From Candidatus Omnitrophota bacterium (lineage in GTDB: Bacteria > Omnitrophota > Omnitrophia > Omnitrophales > Aquincolibacteriaceae), in NCBI GenBank assembly GCA_043803685.1, contig JAZDJU010000012.1, positions 1 through 22,463 of the forward strand: 22,463 nucleotides of DNA. Reading direction: 5' to 3'. Every line of letters begins with the position of its first letter. The first letter of the stretch is position 1. The translations under genes and the position numbers were made by a program. Shown piece after piece: positions 10,701 through 16,091 of the stretch. The notes below the pieces were generated by a model, which did not search any database, had not been told where the DNA came from, and was given only the letters and a program-made list of their open reading frames with translations.

Positions 10701-12562
10701 TGACGAAGCTGCTCGCGGATCTTGATGCCATTAAAGCGCCGTATGTCTCTCGCTCCACGGAGGATGTCAACCTTATTGAGGAACCCGCGCAATATCGTTT
10801 GCAGAATCTGGGTCAAAACGGAGAATTCCCTGGCTTTGGGAAAGATCGCGGGACTGTTTTGACCTATGCTTATCAAGACGATGGAAAAACGCCGCATGCG
10901 AAAACTCCGGAACATCTTGAAAAATTAAATGCTGTGATGACGGTGATCGAACGTCTCGACCGCATTTTCCCGGGGCGCGTTGTAACCCATATGATCCGAC
11001 GTGCGCGGAGCGTGGGAGAGATCCTGGGCTGGACCAAGGGAGCGGACGGTTCTACTTTAACGGATGAAGAATTGTTCGATCGTCATTTGCCGCACTTCAC
11101 AAAAGAAGAGATCTCGCGCGCCAAAGCGGCCGGATATGACACTCGGCAGATCGCGCTCATGGAAATGGATGAAGAAGCCCGGGAGCATGGATATATTCGC
11201 CATGATCTTGCTGATCCGACGCCCGAAAATATCCAAAAGTGGGCGAACAATTGGGCCGTTCAGAAAGTGACCTATCTCTGGAACGAAGGCGGCGAGAAGG
11301 AGCAGCAGCTCATCCGCCAGTGGCTGAGCAGTAGCGATGCCGTTCTTCGGACGGCAACGGAAGAAGCGATGAAGGCCTTAAGTATCACGGAAAGCATGTT
11401 GCCTGCGAAGACTGCGCAAACGGAAGCTGTTACAACAGTGGCTCCTGTCGACTCGAAGGCTTCTTTCACAAGCTTGGGGTTTGGGCCGCAGTGGGCGGAG
11501 TGGTTCTCTGATAGTGCGGTCCAATTCAGCAAGGCGGCCGATAGCACCTCAAGGGAATCGGCCGTCCATACGGCCATTAGCGATCTGGCTGGGAAATTGT
11601 TTAATCTTGATACGGCAGGTCTGAATATCAATTTCAGTTCGTCGAATACGGATCCGAATCTTAGAGGGAAAGTGGGTTATTTCTCGAACGGGACCATCAC
11701 CATAAATCGCAGCAGGCTGAGCGAGATCGAAAGCGCCGAGATGACGAATCAGGCTGAGCTTGAAAAATATTGCAATATGGTCATGGATATGACGGCGGTC
11801 CTGGTGCATGAAGCCGAGCATGCTAAGGAGCCCGCGAACATGGAAGGCGTTCGGTCTGAAGTGCGGGCTTATGCGGAGACCGCGGAAGCGATGAGAGCAT
11901 TGGATGGGCTTAATCATGGCTCACGCTATGCGCGGCAGATCGAGTTGATCGATCTGTTGTTGAGCGTGCTTGCGGATGGGCGACGCCTTGATACGAAGGT
12001 TCCAGCTGATGTGTTGCAGCTTGTGGAGCAGATCGTGTCAGGCAGCGCCGACCCCAGGCTTGGTTTGGAATCACTGCTGAATCGTTTGAATGCCCAGATC
12101 TATGCCCTTGGGAATTCAGGGTTGAATGCACAACGCAATGTAAAGATCCTTAAAGATGCAGCGGAGGTGAAGTCGCTGATCGATTCTAAGTTGAAGAAGG
12201 ATGCCGCCAACCTCATTGAGCACCATGTTTTCGTGACTTCTGAGGCAGATGCGAACGTTGCGGAAATGCGTTCCGAGATCGCTCGTTTACAATCGTTGGG
12301 TTTCATGGTCTTCAAGTTCGACGATGCCGTGATCCGCGGTATATTCGGTAATAAAGCGGATCCTTATGATGCCATCTATCGTCTTACGGAACTTGCCGCC
12401 GCGCTGGGACAGACTCAATTCGTGAAATTAATGGCGCAATATGAGGTCCGTCCCCAGGTCGACGGCAAGTTCTATTCGATAGCCGCTTGTTTTAGCAGCC
12501 CCGTCATTAAAGGCTTGATCACGGAGCTCGTCAGCCACCAGCAAGTCGCCTCCGCGGCATAA
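2..12562 (+). CDS. Giant multidomain membrane-associated protein, 5'-partial (repeats, TM block, SecA-like ATPase, hexapeptide beta-helix, two zincin motifs)
   Basis: Uninterrupted frame. The TTG at 11 is not a real start: the frame reads NGVLTFN from base 2 and matches an internal repeat (NGVLTFT at 389). Stop TAA at 12560-12562. Domain motifs are listed separately. Confidence 0.95.
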   Translation, partial: NGVLTFNAAYINGVVYAWGADKGENGLTDPNSKAYWHSSAETGKNSIANSSMSDSNMKNLDVVKSGTAADAQKIGYDFSGTAFASMNTTDQNALGQFLATYGIGGMRLAGTYVYDVNGTQIGFGNAEMVNGVLTFTHAYINGVVYAYANFNTDVAGASERWIQIGNGDVKSVEAYSASVDLPGGGTALGVYMNVFTGAAAMLSVADQAALGAFMGMYGINGVKQAGVGFVFDAAGTQIGMIEIKGWSNGVPVIGEAAYINGVVYGWSSKKGVFQIADSSQWHNTTGKEGEAVVLDQDTRKKVANYAMDIIGFRHDDGTSFNAAETLAVGNFMAAMGLNGLIQAGKTALYLDGKFVGTGVVQWANGSAWIKVASINGVIYAWSAELYKGRGTGESSFHQKVNPSDVTMIFGEKGAINIVDSNNKQIADYAKEVTGFNIGDGFKWSTSETTTIGNFMAGLGLNGLVQTGMAALYLGGETGKLVGVGMMTTSYFSSLQIDVANVGGVVYGWSSEAKTFQIANPSLWTSVKTAEGFVAKDGTTFTSSETLTVGNFMAGLGLGGLTQAAGTYYQRTAVELGAKAFFFVQDAAARSFNYLMDKYGVGFALGAAVGAAIIVAGALVLAGIKCILVGGVVALGVKMSTVGGLLIASGAFLGSSVAIGCYYADVYAAQIKAGETWWNACRIAGQGTWLRAIQDIAFSWVAVSVINMIFAMGVASFAAGAANQVASWGWVLRTGSWLTERFGAGTGGILLSRAEVTLTGRAAQLWGSQASSVAYSGLRLTSVTLSGWNAFAIHFASGFTLRTIIPTILNIGVKMGFTLSIGANVLALLGITYGTPEALSRERLDGGWNSGRGNFLGVWDNITRGFVLMVASMQSMTGLESMMQNMVTTEHWIFTVGFAVFGFIPTYSSSILSGMAGMAGTWAGKWIGLPAGSAATGGIFEMVGLVGEGAIISLATFQLMSLIGRSFVQAWEKSGLAALYEEAFKENVLQSSLLAWVPDQYSESMVELFDVARGRKTHFSAEQNQFSQQLSQAVTASGLLTAGFSSVGGMLTKALGQFNAGNIAAAQKIVSSAIQSLNGQATGVAQFDVALSSLQSMAENSMAVIGRLDVALSNPESALAKLYDVPTLNTMLGLAKNNPFMDFGNRVDVQGGNLRGLAAAAAIQLVATGGFDATYNGKSAGEFLGSFGLNKEQVSHIRTINVDFAAKTISSEDLSNFTRDLAMSSGVLVRDVRGVPQISTQLFINVVMANFMGTLSAEAFRSSGVEKNALAAFEAMTPEARTKFQNALRGRSEMADGEALMFLMLGSQLATTPKDTAKVKALLQAFGLTSSSARGIAGSLGIMSSSARSILRMVEDGEEGANTRVGEFLIEKAGAFQMKDLWKFEGVLSAFGRVDAQDYGKFFSDLGLQGAIPSVILDMLTKDSVFADTLISGILDSLMVSGKRPTEAGLRDAVFFSALQYAKDAPEAASIVKAMLGEKGEKLGKGLERLTGVEGRANYELKAVQAIAASIAKESVAFALPLLEAAVQGVAALSFNVEALVASGLVTQDEIDAFLSELNRPQPVTRSEVRDAEAEQTPEELTEAESDRSAQKNFDSVRERLSGAVQALVMIGGRYAATHGDLTSEGLRANRATGPPASVTAVENSLSLLLGDILSKAEGENGVAADRILVANLAWLNQSFSSQIAALNLQLDKAKGLHAADRILYGLSISQSSLRIVSTLYAQKTGARQKTDSSQDGDTTSVAELEKESDEILRVLGSSRSTGSRLNRDMRLHERAFRANQNETRVPAGRLNQLVASVQSAFINSLLGKFIFEKTQWGVAQVLRAVAEEGRERSQEMLITALQKHSKWGEVSKELRDRVSAWQEDQKTGAKAIDPELLLAIYKDVAGKAIFTELKLVPKLKAKFFDLMLLFEGTVQSIQDRATEIGAQLELAKRLDGVTGEKARAEAIQEVCRAWQAEFQKRIDKEGLTKPLRNEALAFYSAAIAATKGDKGWADSQGNFRLHDEQIMAALVMNYGWNIAELATGEGKTTIGFLSAVVNGLTGNGSFIVTTQDMAAADGYISNTTVANMLGISVGLVQKNDYERDANKNAEVFKDEKGKSFIRKKGADMTSEQKRSEYHKQITYVSTQNWAFDTQNDILETKENDPGKKIIDRDFKKVSVIIDEIDSVLIDQAMTSFIRSSGQGEAKEEDKDLRLAFARIVGNVDVANEGDEFKLAVGQFLIVDGEAVRPLVPNFQADAIKDPTGRMAQANESGIAKAVKRLAAMLSEGNISPELFDRLVTPETKKGKMGLTLTKEGKDLLSDAVQAQHLYAEGRQYRRENNEILLVAKDTGVTQEGQRLNRLHQAIEAKEYLLDQERIKNNLEVENPVTIHEMVVRGESRTTSSVTARDVLRQYGRVSGMTGTASYGQAEKLFDKMYGLKVQTVPTHSISRRVDHPMQFMNSRERFERVAELVIEAIAAGRPVLINAQTMEESRAIEAELDIILKREGIVAKDGIRVLNAANELEYDWMKDSAGKPGVITIATNIAGRGTDIGLGRKMTIAHFDEMLKRGAIDQAAYARYVEAKDGKPTLTPEGKDYDKNRIDSVGGLRQINYGVNDSLRIDMQASGRAGRMGAAGESFTLVATDEASSDYTFIQRGLMSGNRVQQAIAKVAMARLNDPFTEGGRFFAKWFLSSGLKGVDLSEVKTIGEWAYRIAQRNVEIQNAKSLFEAARRGDRLFTGQLLVKPIFDYLQEKIRTEVRSQYKGGVPEAISTRVNEVFNSFKEPYTVEELKEDLDAGFVSKEDFSKYALEVEDLSGVKTFVFTDAGVAFAATQKDSLERLGNLLDRKFGIRLNFEELGKVNMQALETAVAQELMYHYASSAMEERLSEIRGDFFKEIQKEGPKATSRFAWLAEQRYTKMFTKALMSMAERGPGVIRNMDLSGEKLNDYVNNAITSREDTKEKEVEKAARVKDAEKSEEKNEGFLGAYLTRLADVVEAAKKAEERGEFQLEAEAKAKVALKEKVALWRAALGIGVTLQRTFRDSAAVEQSLTRQAEQQQITIDAAVLARAAAAAKDGSAQAQAHVQALNEQMNARREAVIARLRKGEIQAAIIQTDKGFEVFVMPVSGDPKPVVLQKVTPEYYSAIKALERSDGKTTYTHNGKELPVKVSSAGVIEIGEVHYPADATIGKGTILINSELEGTKPTIGVGAYIEGSVLNNATIGDHAVIKVTRANQSIDAGAYAKLDHVYGDKITVGDNGTVVYSARETIKVPSGAARVGDFKEMGIFGFKASDAERTVISSDTYVADQRGLSVFVQDVVGKVLGKWRFERLKKFFERLSEELAKRTDTQLLRADVKARRVGGAPDEPEVAGQAKQQLSVEEVLAHAEAMKIMASNANEARDILGKLSPRQKLIVIAIIAFQGRRDANGQPLLTEENLKYFEGSEILTERVKDMPGVWGKLKDHNLPNVPFIYIKLSGSALKLLQAKNIQSETAIGFRTSPYDIAILGQFLSGSAAPILKEVWNDLLPFIAAGSITVNGPMAKENKEKGFEMVAHEYGHHIDAGKNMTESSSREKLAAQGFQVDHPALTKLLADLDAIKAPYVSRSTEDVNLIEEPAQYRLQNLGQNGEFPGFGKDRGTVLTYAYQDDGKTPHAKTPEHLEKLNAVMTVIERLDRIFPGRVVTHMIRRARSVGEILGWTKGADGSTLTDEELFDRHLPHFTKEEISRAKAAGYDTRQIALMEMDEEAREHGYIRHDLADPTPENIQKWANNWAVQKVTYLWNEGGEKEQQLIRQWLSSSDAVLRTATEEAMKALSITESMLPAKTAQTEAVTTVAPVDSKASFTSLGFGPQWAEWFSDSAVQFSKAADSTSRESAVHTAISDLAGKLFNLDTAGLNINFSSSNTDPNLRGKVGYFSNGTITINRSRLSEIESAEMTNQAELEKYCNMVMDMTAVLVHEAEHAKEPANMEGVRSEVRAYAETAEAMRALDGLNHGSRYARQIELIDLLLSVLADGRRLDTKVPADVLQLVEQIVSGSADPRLGLESLLNRLNAQIYALGNSGLNAQRNVKILKDAAEVKSLIDSKLKKDAANLIEHHVFVTSEADANVAEMRSEIARLQSLGFMVFKFDDAVIRGIFGNKADPYDAIYRLTELAAALGQTQFVKLMAQYEVRPQVDGKFYSIAACFSSPVIKGLITELVSHQQVASAA
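1790..2920 (+). other. Gly/Ala-rich multi-pass hydrophobic (transmembrane) region of the giant protein
   Basis: Long apolar runs such as GVGFALGAAVGAAIIVAGALVLAG, VAVSVINMIFAMGVASFAAG, WIFTVGFAVFGFIP and GAIISLATFQLMSLIG. Boundaries approximate. Confidence 0.8.
5930..8200 (+). other. SecA-like DEAD motor domain (NBD1, preprotein-crosslinking region, NBD2) embedded in the giant protein
   Basis: SecA signature motifs in canonical order: RLHDEQI, IAELATGEGKT (Walker A, ATGEGKT at 6065-6085), VIIDEIDSVLID (Walker B, DEID at 6485), LHQAIEAKE, GMTGTA, VPTH, GRPVLI, VLNA, ITIATNIAGRGTDI, GGL, RIDMQASGRAGRMG (~7800-7840). Boundaries approximate. Confidence 0.95.
9490..9860 (+). other. Hexapeptide-repeat left-handed beta-helix (GlmU/LpxA-type repeats)
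   Basis: ATIGKGTILINS, PTIGVGAYIEGS, ATIGDHAVIK, ITVGDNGTV, ARVGDF, TVISSDTYV fit the [LIV]-G-x4 periodicity. Confidence 0.75.
10601..10800 (+). other. Zincin metallopeptidase motif 1 (HEYGH)
   Basis: MVAHEYGHHID with HEYGH at 10601-10615. Candidate third ligand in LIEEPAQY further downstream. Confidence 0.6.
11660..11900 (+). other. Zincin metallopeptidase motif 2 (HEAEH...E)
   Basis: GKVGYFSNGTITINR strands, then AVLVHEAEH (HEAEH at 11807-11821), then SEVRAY with the downstream Glu typical of gluzincin/ImmA-like peptidases. Confidence 0.75.
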
Positions 12563-12609
12563 TTCCACATCTTTTCTCCCGTGTAACTCTTTGCTTATAT
12601 CCTTTCAGG
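12539..12609 (+). repeat. Junction repeat copy 1 (native 3' end of giant gene QQVASAA* plus 50-nt trailer)
   Basis: cagcaagtcgcctccgcggcataattccacatc..., homologous to 13755-13828 and 15659-15688. Confidence 0.9.
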
Positions 12610-12616
12610 CTCTTTA

Positions 12617-12644
12617 TTGACAAGTTATCAATATATGATAACAT
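12617..12644 (+). promoter_or_regulatory. Sigma70-type promoter with embedded palindromic operator
   Basis: TTGACA (12617-12622), 16 bp, TG-n-TAACAT (12639-12644). Perfect inverted repeat GTTATCA-atata-TGATAAC (12624-12642) between the boxes. RBS AGAGGGG before ATG 12662. Confidence 0.8.
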
Positions 12645-12661
12645 TCTTTTAGAGGGGCTTT

Positions 12662-13534
12662 ATGGGGTTTCGTATCAAACAATACGCTAAAGAGCAGGGA
12701 ATGAAATTGGGAGATGTGGCCCAAAAACTTCGGATGCCGCTTTCCAATCTGTCTGCCGTTGCGTCCGGACGACGGAGCGTTTCACTCAGACTTCTCAACA
12801 AGATCGCCAGCGTCTTGAATTGTTCTGTGCCAGAGCTGTTTGAGGTTGAAAAGGCTAAAGATGCCTTTAAAGATACTGAGCTTAACGACAGGGTTTCACA
12901 GATCGAACTCGAGAATTTTACGGGATGCGACAAAGGATGGATCCATCGCCTTACATTTGACCAACAAAAGCATTTTAAGATGGTCCGCGAGGGTGGCGTG
13001 CCGTATGGCGCCAAAGCGGCAGGGGATAAGGACCCTTGGGAGACCTTATTCGAATGTTTCAACCGAAAAGGCGTTGATTATGTTGTGATCGGGATGTCTG
13101 CGATCAATTATTACGCTCGATCAGCCATGGAGACGTTTGGAACGCAAGATTACGATCTTTTCCTGAGGCCTGCCATAGCAAACGCGGTTAAAGCGTTTGA
13201 GATTTTATGCGATTTGGGGTATGAAATGGTCGCTCACGGTAAGGTGGTTTCAAAAAACGATTTAAAGGGGATTCTCAAGAAAAAACGGACGGTTCTTGCG
13301 GTTAATCCAGAGGGCGTTACTTTCGAGCTCCTTTTTTCGGTTTCAGGATTCGTTTTTGAGCAGATGGCCAGTGATCCTTCGATCTTCAGGTCAGGCGGAA
13401 CGGTTATTCGCGTTGCGAAATTGAACAAGCTCTTGGCGTCCAAGGCGGCTGCCGATCGCCCCAAGGACAGGCTTTTTCTTAAGCGGTATAAAATGATCTT
13501 GGAGAATATTGCGCGGAAGAAATTTAAGGATTAA
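12662..13534 (+). CDS. XRE-family HTH fused to a Pol-beta-superfamily nucleotidyltransferase (TA-like)
   Basis: N-terminal GMKLGDVAQKLRMPLSNLSAVASGRRSVSLRLLNKIASVLNCSVPELF is an XRE HTH. C-terminal GVDYVVIGMSA...TQDYDLF...LLASKAAADRPKDRL is an NTase with DxD motif. Confidence 0.85.
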   Translation: MGFRIKQYAKEQGMKLGDVAQKLRMPLSNLSAVASGRRSVSLRLLNKIASVLNCSVPELFEVEKAKDAFKDTELNDRVSQIELENFTGCDKGWIHRLTFDQQKHFKMVREGGVPYGAKAAGDKDPWETLFECFNRKGVDYVVIGMSAINYYARSAMETFGTQDYDLFLRPAIANAVKAFEILCDLGYEMVAHGKVVSKNDLKGILKKKRTVLAVNPEGVTFELLFSVSGFVFEQMASDPSIFRSGGTVIRVAKLNKLLASKAAADRPKDRLFLKRYKMILENIARKKFKD

Positions 13535-13535
13535 A

Positions 13536-13778
13536 ATTTTCTCAGGAACGGCCGTGGATCGGACGTTTGCGGAAAGTGTCAGAGAGATCTTTGCAGTTAC
13601 TCGTCTCGCTTCATGGCTGGGCGTTAGCCAGTTCGAGGCCTTGATGCAGGAACATTATGATGTCCGTGGTCGCACCGGTCAGGGCTATCTGTCCGTGAAT
13701 GCGTACCTTAGTAACGAGTTCATCAAATCGCTCCTTAGCGAGATCCTTGCCATCCAGCAAGTCGCCTCCGCCGCGTAA
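13536..13778 (+). pseudogene. Orphan paralogous C-terminal fragment of a giant-type protein (junction repeat copy 2)
   Basis: VTRLASWLGVSQFEALMQEHYDVR...FIKSLLSEILAIQQVASAA aligns with the giant C-terminus LTELAAALGQTQFVKLMAQYEVR...VIKGLITELVSHQQVASAA (26/60 identical by hand). An in-frame GTG at 13554 with AGGA upstream could allow a 74-aa product. Confidence 0.85.
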
Positions 13779-13857
13779 TAATTCCACCTCTCTTCTTCCA
13801 CTCAGCTTTCTGCTTATGTCCGTTGAAGTCTATTTCAGCCAAGAGCTTCTTGTTTTT

Positions 13858-13890
13858 TGGGTGACAATCGTGTACATTATGGGTGACGAT
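13858..13890 (+). promoter_or_regulatory. Putative operator of first Phd-PIN operon
   Basis: Direct repeat TGGGTGACAAT (13858-13868) / TGGGTGACGAT (13880-13890) flanking TGTACA (13871-13876). RBS AAGGAGGT at 13903-13910. Confidence 0.55.
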
Positions 13891-13915
13891 AGACCTACTC
13901 AAAAGGAGGTTGGTT

Positions 13916-14203
13916 ATGCGTTTTATTTCAGTAAGGGATCTGAGGGGGAGGCCGGGGCAGATATGGAAGCAATTAGCCCGTCTCAGGGAGATGGTGCTGA
14001 CGCTGAATGGAAAGCCGATCGCTATTATTTCCAGCACTTCCGAAGAATTTCTTGAGGAGAATCTTGCAGAAGTTCGAAAAGCACGGGCCATGGTTGCGGT
14101 GAGGGCGATCCAGGCGGAATCGGTCCGCAAAGGTCTTGATAAAATGACTCTGGAAGAGATCAATGCGGAGATCCTGGCTGTCCGCAGAGCGCATCGCCGA
14201 TGA
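13916..14203 (+). CDS. Phd/YefM-family antitoxin
   Basis: MRFISVRDLR...EMVLTLNGKPIAII Phd motif. Start reassigned to ATG 13916 by the strong RBS. ATGA overlap with the next gene. Confidence 0.9.
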   Translation: MRFISVRDLRGRPGQIWKQLARLREMVLTLNGKPIAIISSTSEEFLEENLAEVRKARAMVAVRAIQAESVRKGLDKMTLEEINAEILAVRRAHRR

Positions 14204-14691
14204 AGGTTGTTGCGGATACCAACGTTCTGATCTCAGGGCTCCTGACGCCACATGGTCCACCTGCGGAAATCGTCCGCATGGTTCTGAACGGAAATCTTCG
14301 GGTTTGTTATGACCTCAGAATACTGGATGAGTATCGAGAGGTTTTTGCGCGTCCGAAATTCGATATTTCTCATGGGTTGAGCGCCAATCTTTTGGAGCAG
14401 ATCCGTGCGAGCGGTGAATCGGCAAATACTCAGCCATTGTCGCAGCCGCTTTTGGATCCGAGTGACGAGGCGTTTCTTGAAACGGCCATTTCCGGGGGCG
14501 CAGATTGTCTTATTACTGGAAATCTGAAACATTTCCCACCGTCCTGTCGGCAGGGAATGCGGGTCTTATCTCCTCGCGAGTTCCTGGAATTTTACAGAGA
14601 CTGGCAAGCGAACGGTTCCGGCAAGATCCAAAGCCCGTCGGTGGAATACAGGCTGAGGAAAGGCGGAAAAAGAAGGCGATCGCGACACTGA
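14200..14691 (+). CDS. PIN-domain (VapC-like) toxin with basic C-terminal tail
   Basis: MKVVADTNVLISGLL, ILDEYREV, DPSDEAFLETA, ADCLITGNLKHF. Coupled to upstream antitoxin. Confidence 0.92.
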   Translation: MKVVADTNVLISGLLTPHGPPAEIVRMVLNGNLRVCYDLRILDEYREVFARPKFDISHGLSANLLEQIRASGESANTQPLSQPLLDPSDEAFLETAISGGADCLITGNLKHFPPSCRQGMRVLSPREFLEFYRDWQANGSGKIQSPSVEYRLRKGGKRRRSRH

Positions 14692-14764
14692 ACCCGCCCA
14701 GTGGAGGGAGAGTCCGCCTAAGAATCATGGCTTTGTTTTCTTATAGAAAAGGCAGGAGGAGCCC

Positions 14765-15037
14765 ATGCAAATGAATGAAATTAGCGCTTTGAGTCTCAGG
14801 AAGCGATTTGGAGAAATGATGGACCGCGTCCGGCGCGAGAAAGAGCCTTTGATAGTTACCAAGAACGGGCGACCGATGATTGTGATGATGGATATTGAGC
14901 TCTACAGAGCTTCGCAGGAAAACATTCAGGATGAGGCGTTCCTTGAGGCTTATACAGAGGAACGAGTGAAAGAGTTTCTTGCCGAAGATGGTCTCGATAA
15001 GGCGACCGTTGCGGCCCTGCGAAAAGATCCTGCCTGA
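14765..15037 (+). CDS. Phd/YefM-family antitoxin
   Basis: ISALSLRKRFGEMMDRVRREKEPLIVTKNGRPMIVMM. RBS AGGAGG at 14754-14759. Confidence 0.9.
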   Translation: MQMNEISALSLRKRFGEMMDRVRREKEPLIVTKNGRPMIVMMDIELYRASQENIQDEAFLEAYTEERVKEFLAEDGLDKATVAALRKDPA

Positions 15038-15123
15038 TCATGCCCAATTCTCCATCAAAAGATTCCACGGTTAATTGGGCTAGCCCTTGCAACCTTCCGT
15101 CAAAAGAAAATAGATGCTAGGGC

Positions 15124-15561
15124 ATGCGCATCTTCCTTAACGCAAACGTCTTTTTTGCGGGATGTATGTCAAAAGAGGGAGCTTCGGCTTTCGTTCTTGA
15201 ACTTGGCAGGCGAAAGCGAATGGAATTGGTCGCGAGTAAATTAGTACTTCGAGAGGCGGACCGGAACTTGCGCCGGAAGGCGCCGCCAGTCGCTCTCAAG
15301 GCTTTTCACCAGTATCTTCAGCAAGTCAAGATTCGCATCGCTTTAACTCCCAATGGAGAAATGATGAAGCCGTACGAAGGAATGATTGACCCCAAAGATC
15401 TTCCCGTGCTTGTCGCCGCGATTGCGTCCGAAGCTGATTTTTTTCTCACGCTAGATCGCAAACATTTTTTGTCAGCCGGATTAGTTGCGAAGATCAAAAA
15501 ACCGCGCATCCTGGGTCCCGCGGATTTTCTTCGGAATTTTTATCTTAAAGGAAAGATATGA
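15124..15561 (+). CDS. PIN-domain toxin, first catalytic Asp replaced by Asn
   Basis: MRIFLNANVFF (canonical LDANV), VLREADRNL, DPKDLPVLVAA, ADFFLTLDRKHF. Confidence 0.88.
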   Translation: MRIFLNANVFFAGCMSKEGASAFVLELGRRKRMELVASKLVLREADRNLRRKAPPVALKAFHQYLQQVKIRIALTPNGEMMKPYEGMIDPKDLPVLVAAIASEADFFLTLDRKHFLSAGLVAKIKKPRILGPADFLRNFYLKGKI

Positions 15562-15571
15562 AGAAAGGTTG

Positions 15572-15688
15572 GCGTTCAGCAATGCGTTCCTGAACGAGAT
15601 CCTGACCATCCAGCACTTGATTTTCATTTGTAAGAAATGATCGAAAATCAGTGCAATCCAAGTCGCCTCCGCCGCCTAATTTCGCCTC
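15572..15688 (+). repeat. Junction repeat copy 3 (eroded giant-gene 3' end split by a palindromic insertion)
   Basis: Reads AFSNAFLNEILTIQ, then a hairpin insert with an in-frame stop, then IQVASAA* (caagtcgcctccgccgcctaa at 15659-15679). Trailer taatttcgcctc matches copy 2 at 10/12. Confidence 0.85.
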
Positions 15689-15730
15689 CGTAAAGTCTCG
15701 ATTTTTCCACGTTCTAAAAAAAAGTTTATC

Positions 15731-15782
15731 TTGCGAGACAGCGCCTTACAAGTTAAAATCAGACCAGAATTCAGACTAGTCT
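15731..15782 (+). promoter_or_regulatory. Sigma70-type promoter and operator of Phd-RelE operon
   Basis: TTGCGA (15731-15736), 17 bp, TAAAAT (15754-15759). TCAGAC repeats at 15759 and 15771 (12-bp period). Palindrome AGACTAGTCT at 15773-15782. Confidence 0.7.
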
Positions 15783-15812
15783 TAATTTTAATCTACAAGA
15801 AAGGGTGTTCCC

Positions 15813-16091
15813 ATGACGAAAACTCTGCCTCTCTCCGAAGTGAAGGTCAAGCTAAGCGCGATCGTGGCAGGCATTGTGCGCCGGTCCGATGAGGTGATCA
15901 TTACGCGGAATGGCAAGCCGGCTGCGGTCTTGATCAGCGCAGATGAATACGATAGCTGGAAAGAGACCCAGGAGATCAAGCGTGACCCTGATCTTATGCG
16001 ACAGATACGCGAGAGTGAGGAGGCGTATCGAAAAGGTGATTTTAAAGAGTACGCATCCCAAGATCTAGACGAGCTTTTTGGAGGCAGATAA
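15813..16091 (+). CDS. Phd/YefM-family antitoxin
   Basis: KTLPLSEVKVKLSAIV...EVIITRNGKPAAVLISADEYDSWKETQEI, a classic YefM-like sequence. Confidence 0.93.
   Translation: MTKTLPLSEVKVKLSAIVAGIVRRSDEVIITRNGKPAAVLISADEYDSWKETQEIKRDPDLMRQIRESEEAYRKGDFKEYASQDLDELFGGR

Noticed and set aside
747..12315. Many short overlapping and antisense ORFs inside the giant gene (e.g. 7451-8227 minus)
   Set aside because: Shadow frames of a long coding sequence with no recognisable motifs or RBS.
13755..13781. tmRNA fragment (Ala-Ala-TAATAA resembles the tag reading frame end)
   Set aside because: No tRNA-like domain or CCA end. The sequence is explained by protein-level homology to the giant gene.
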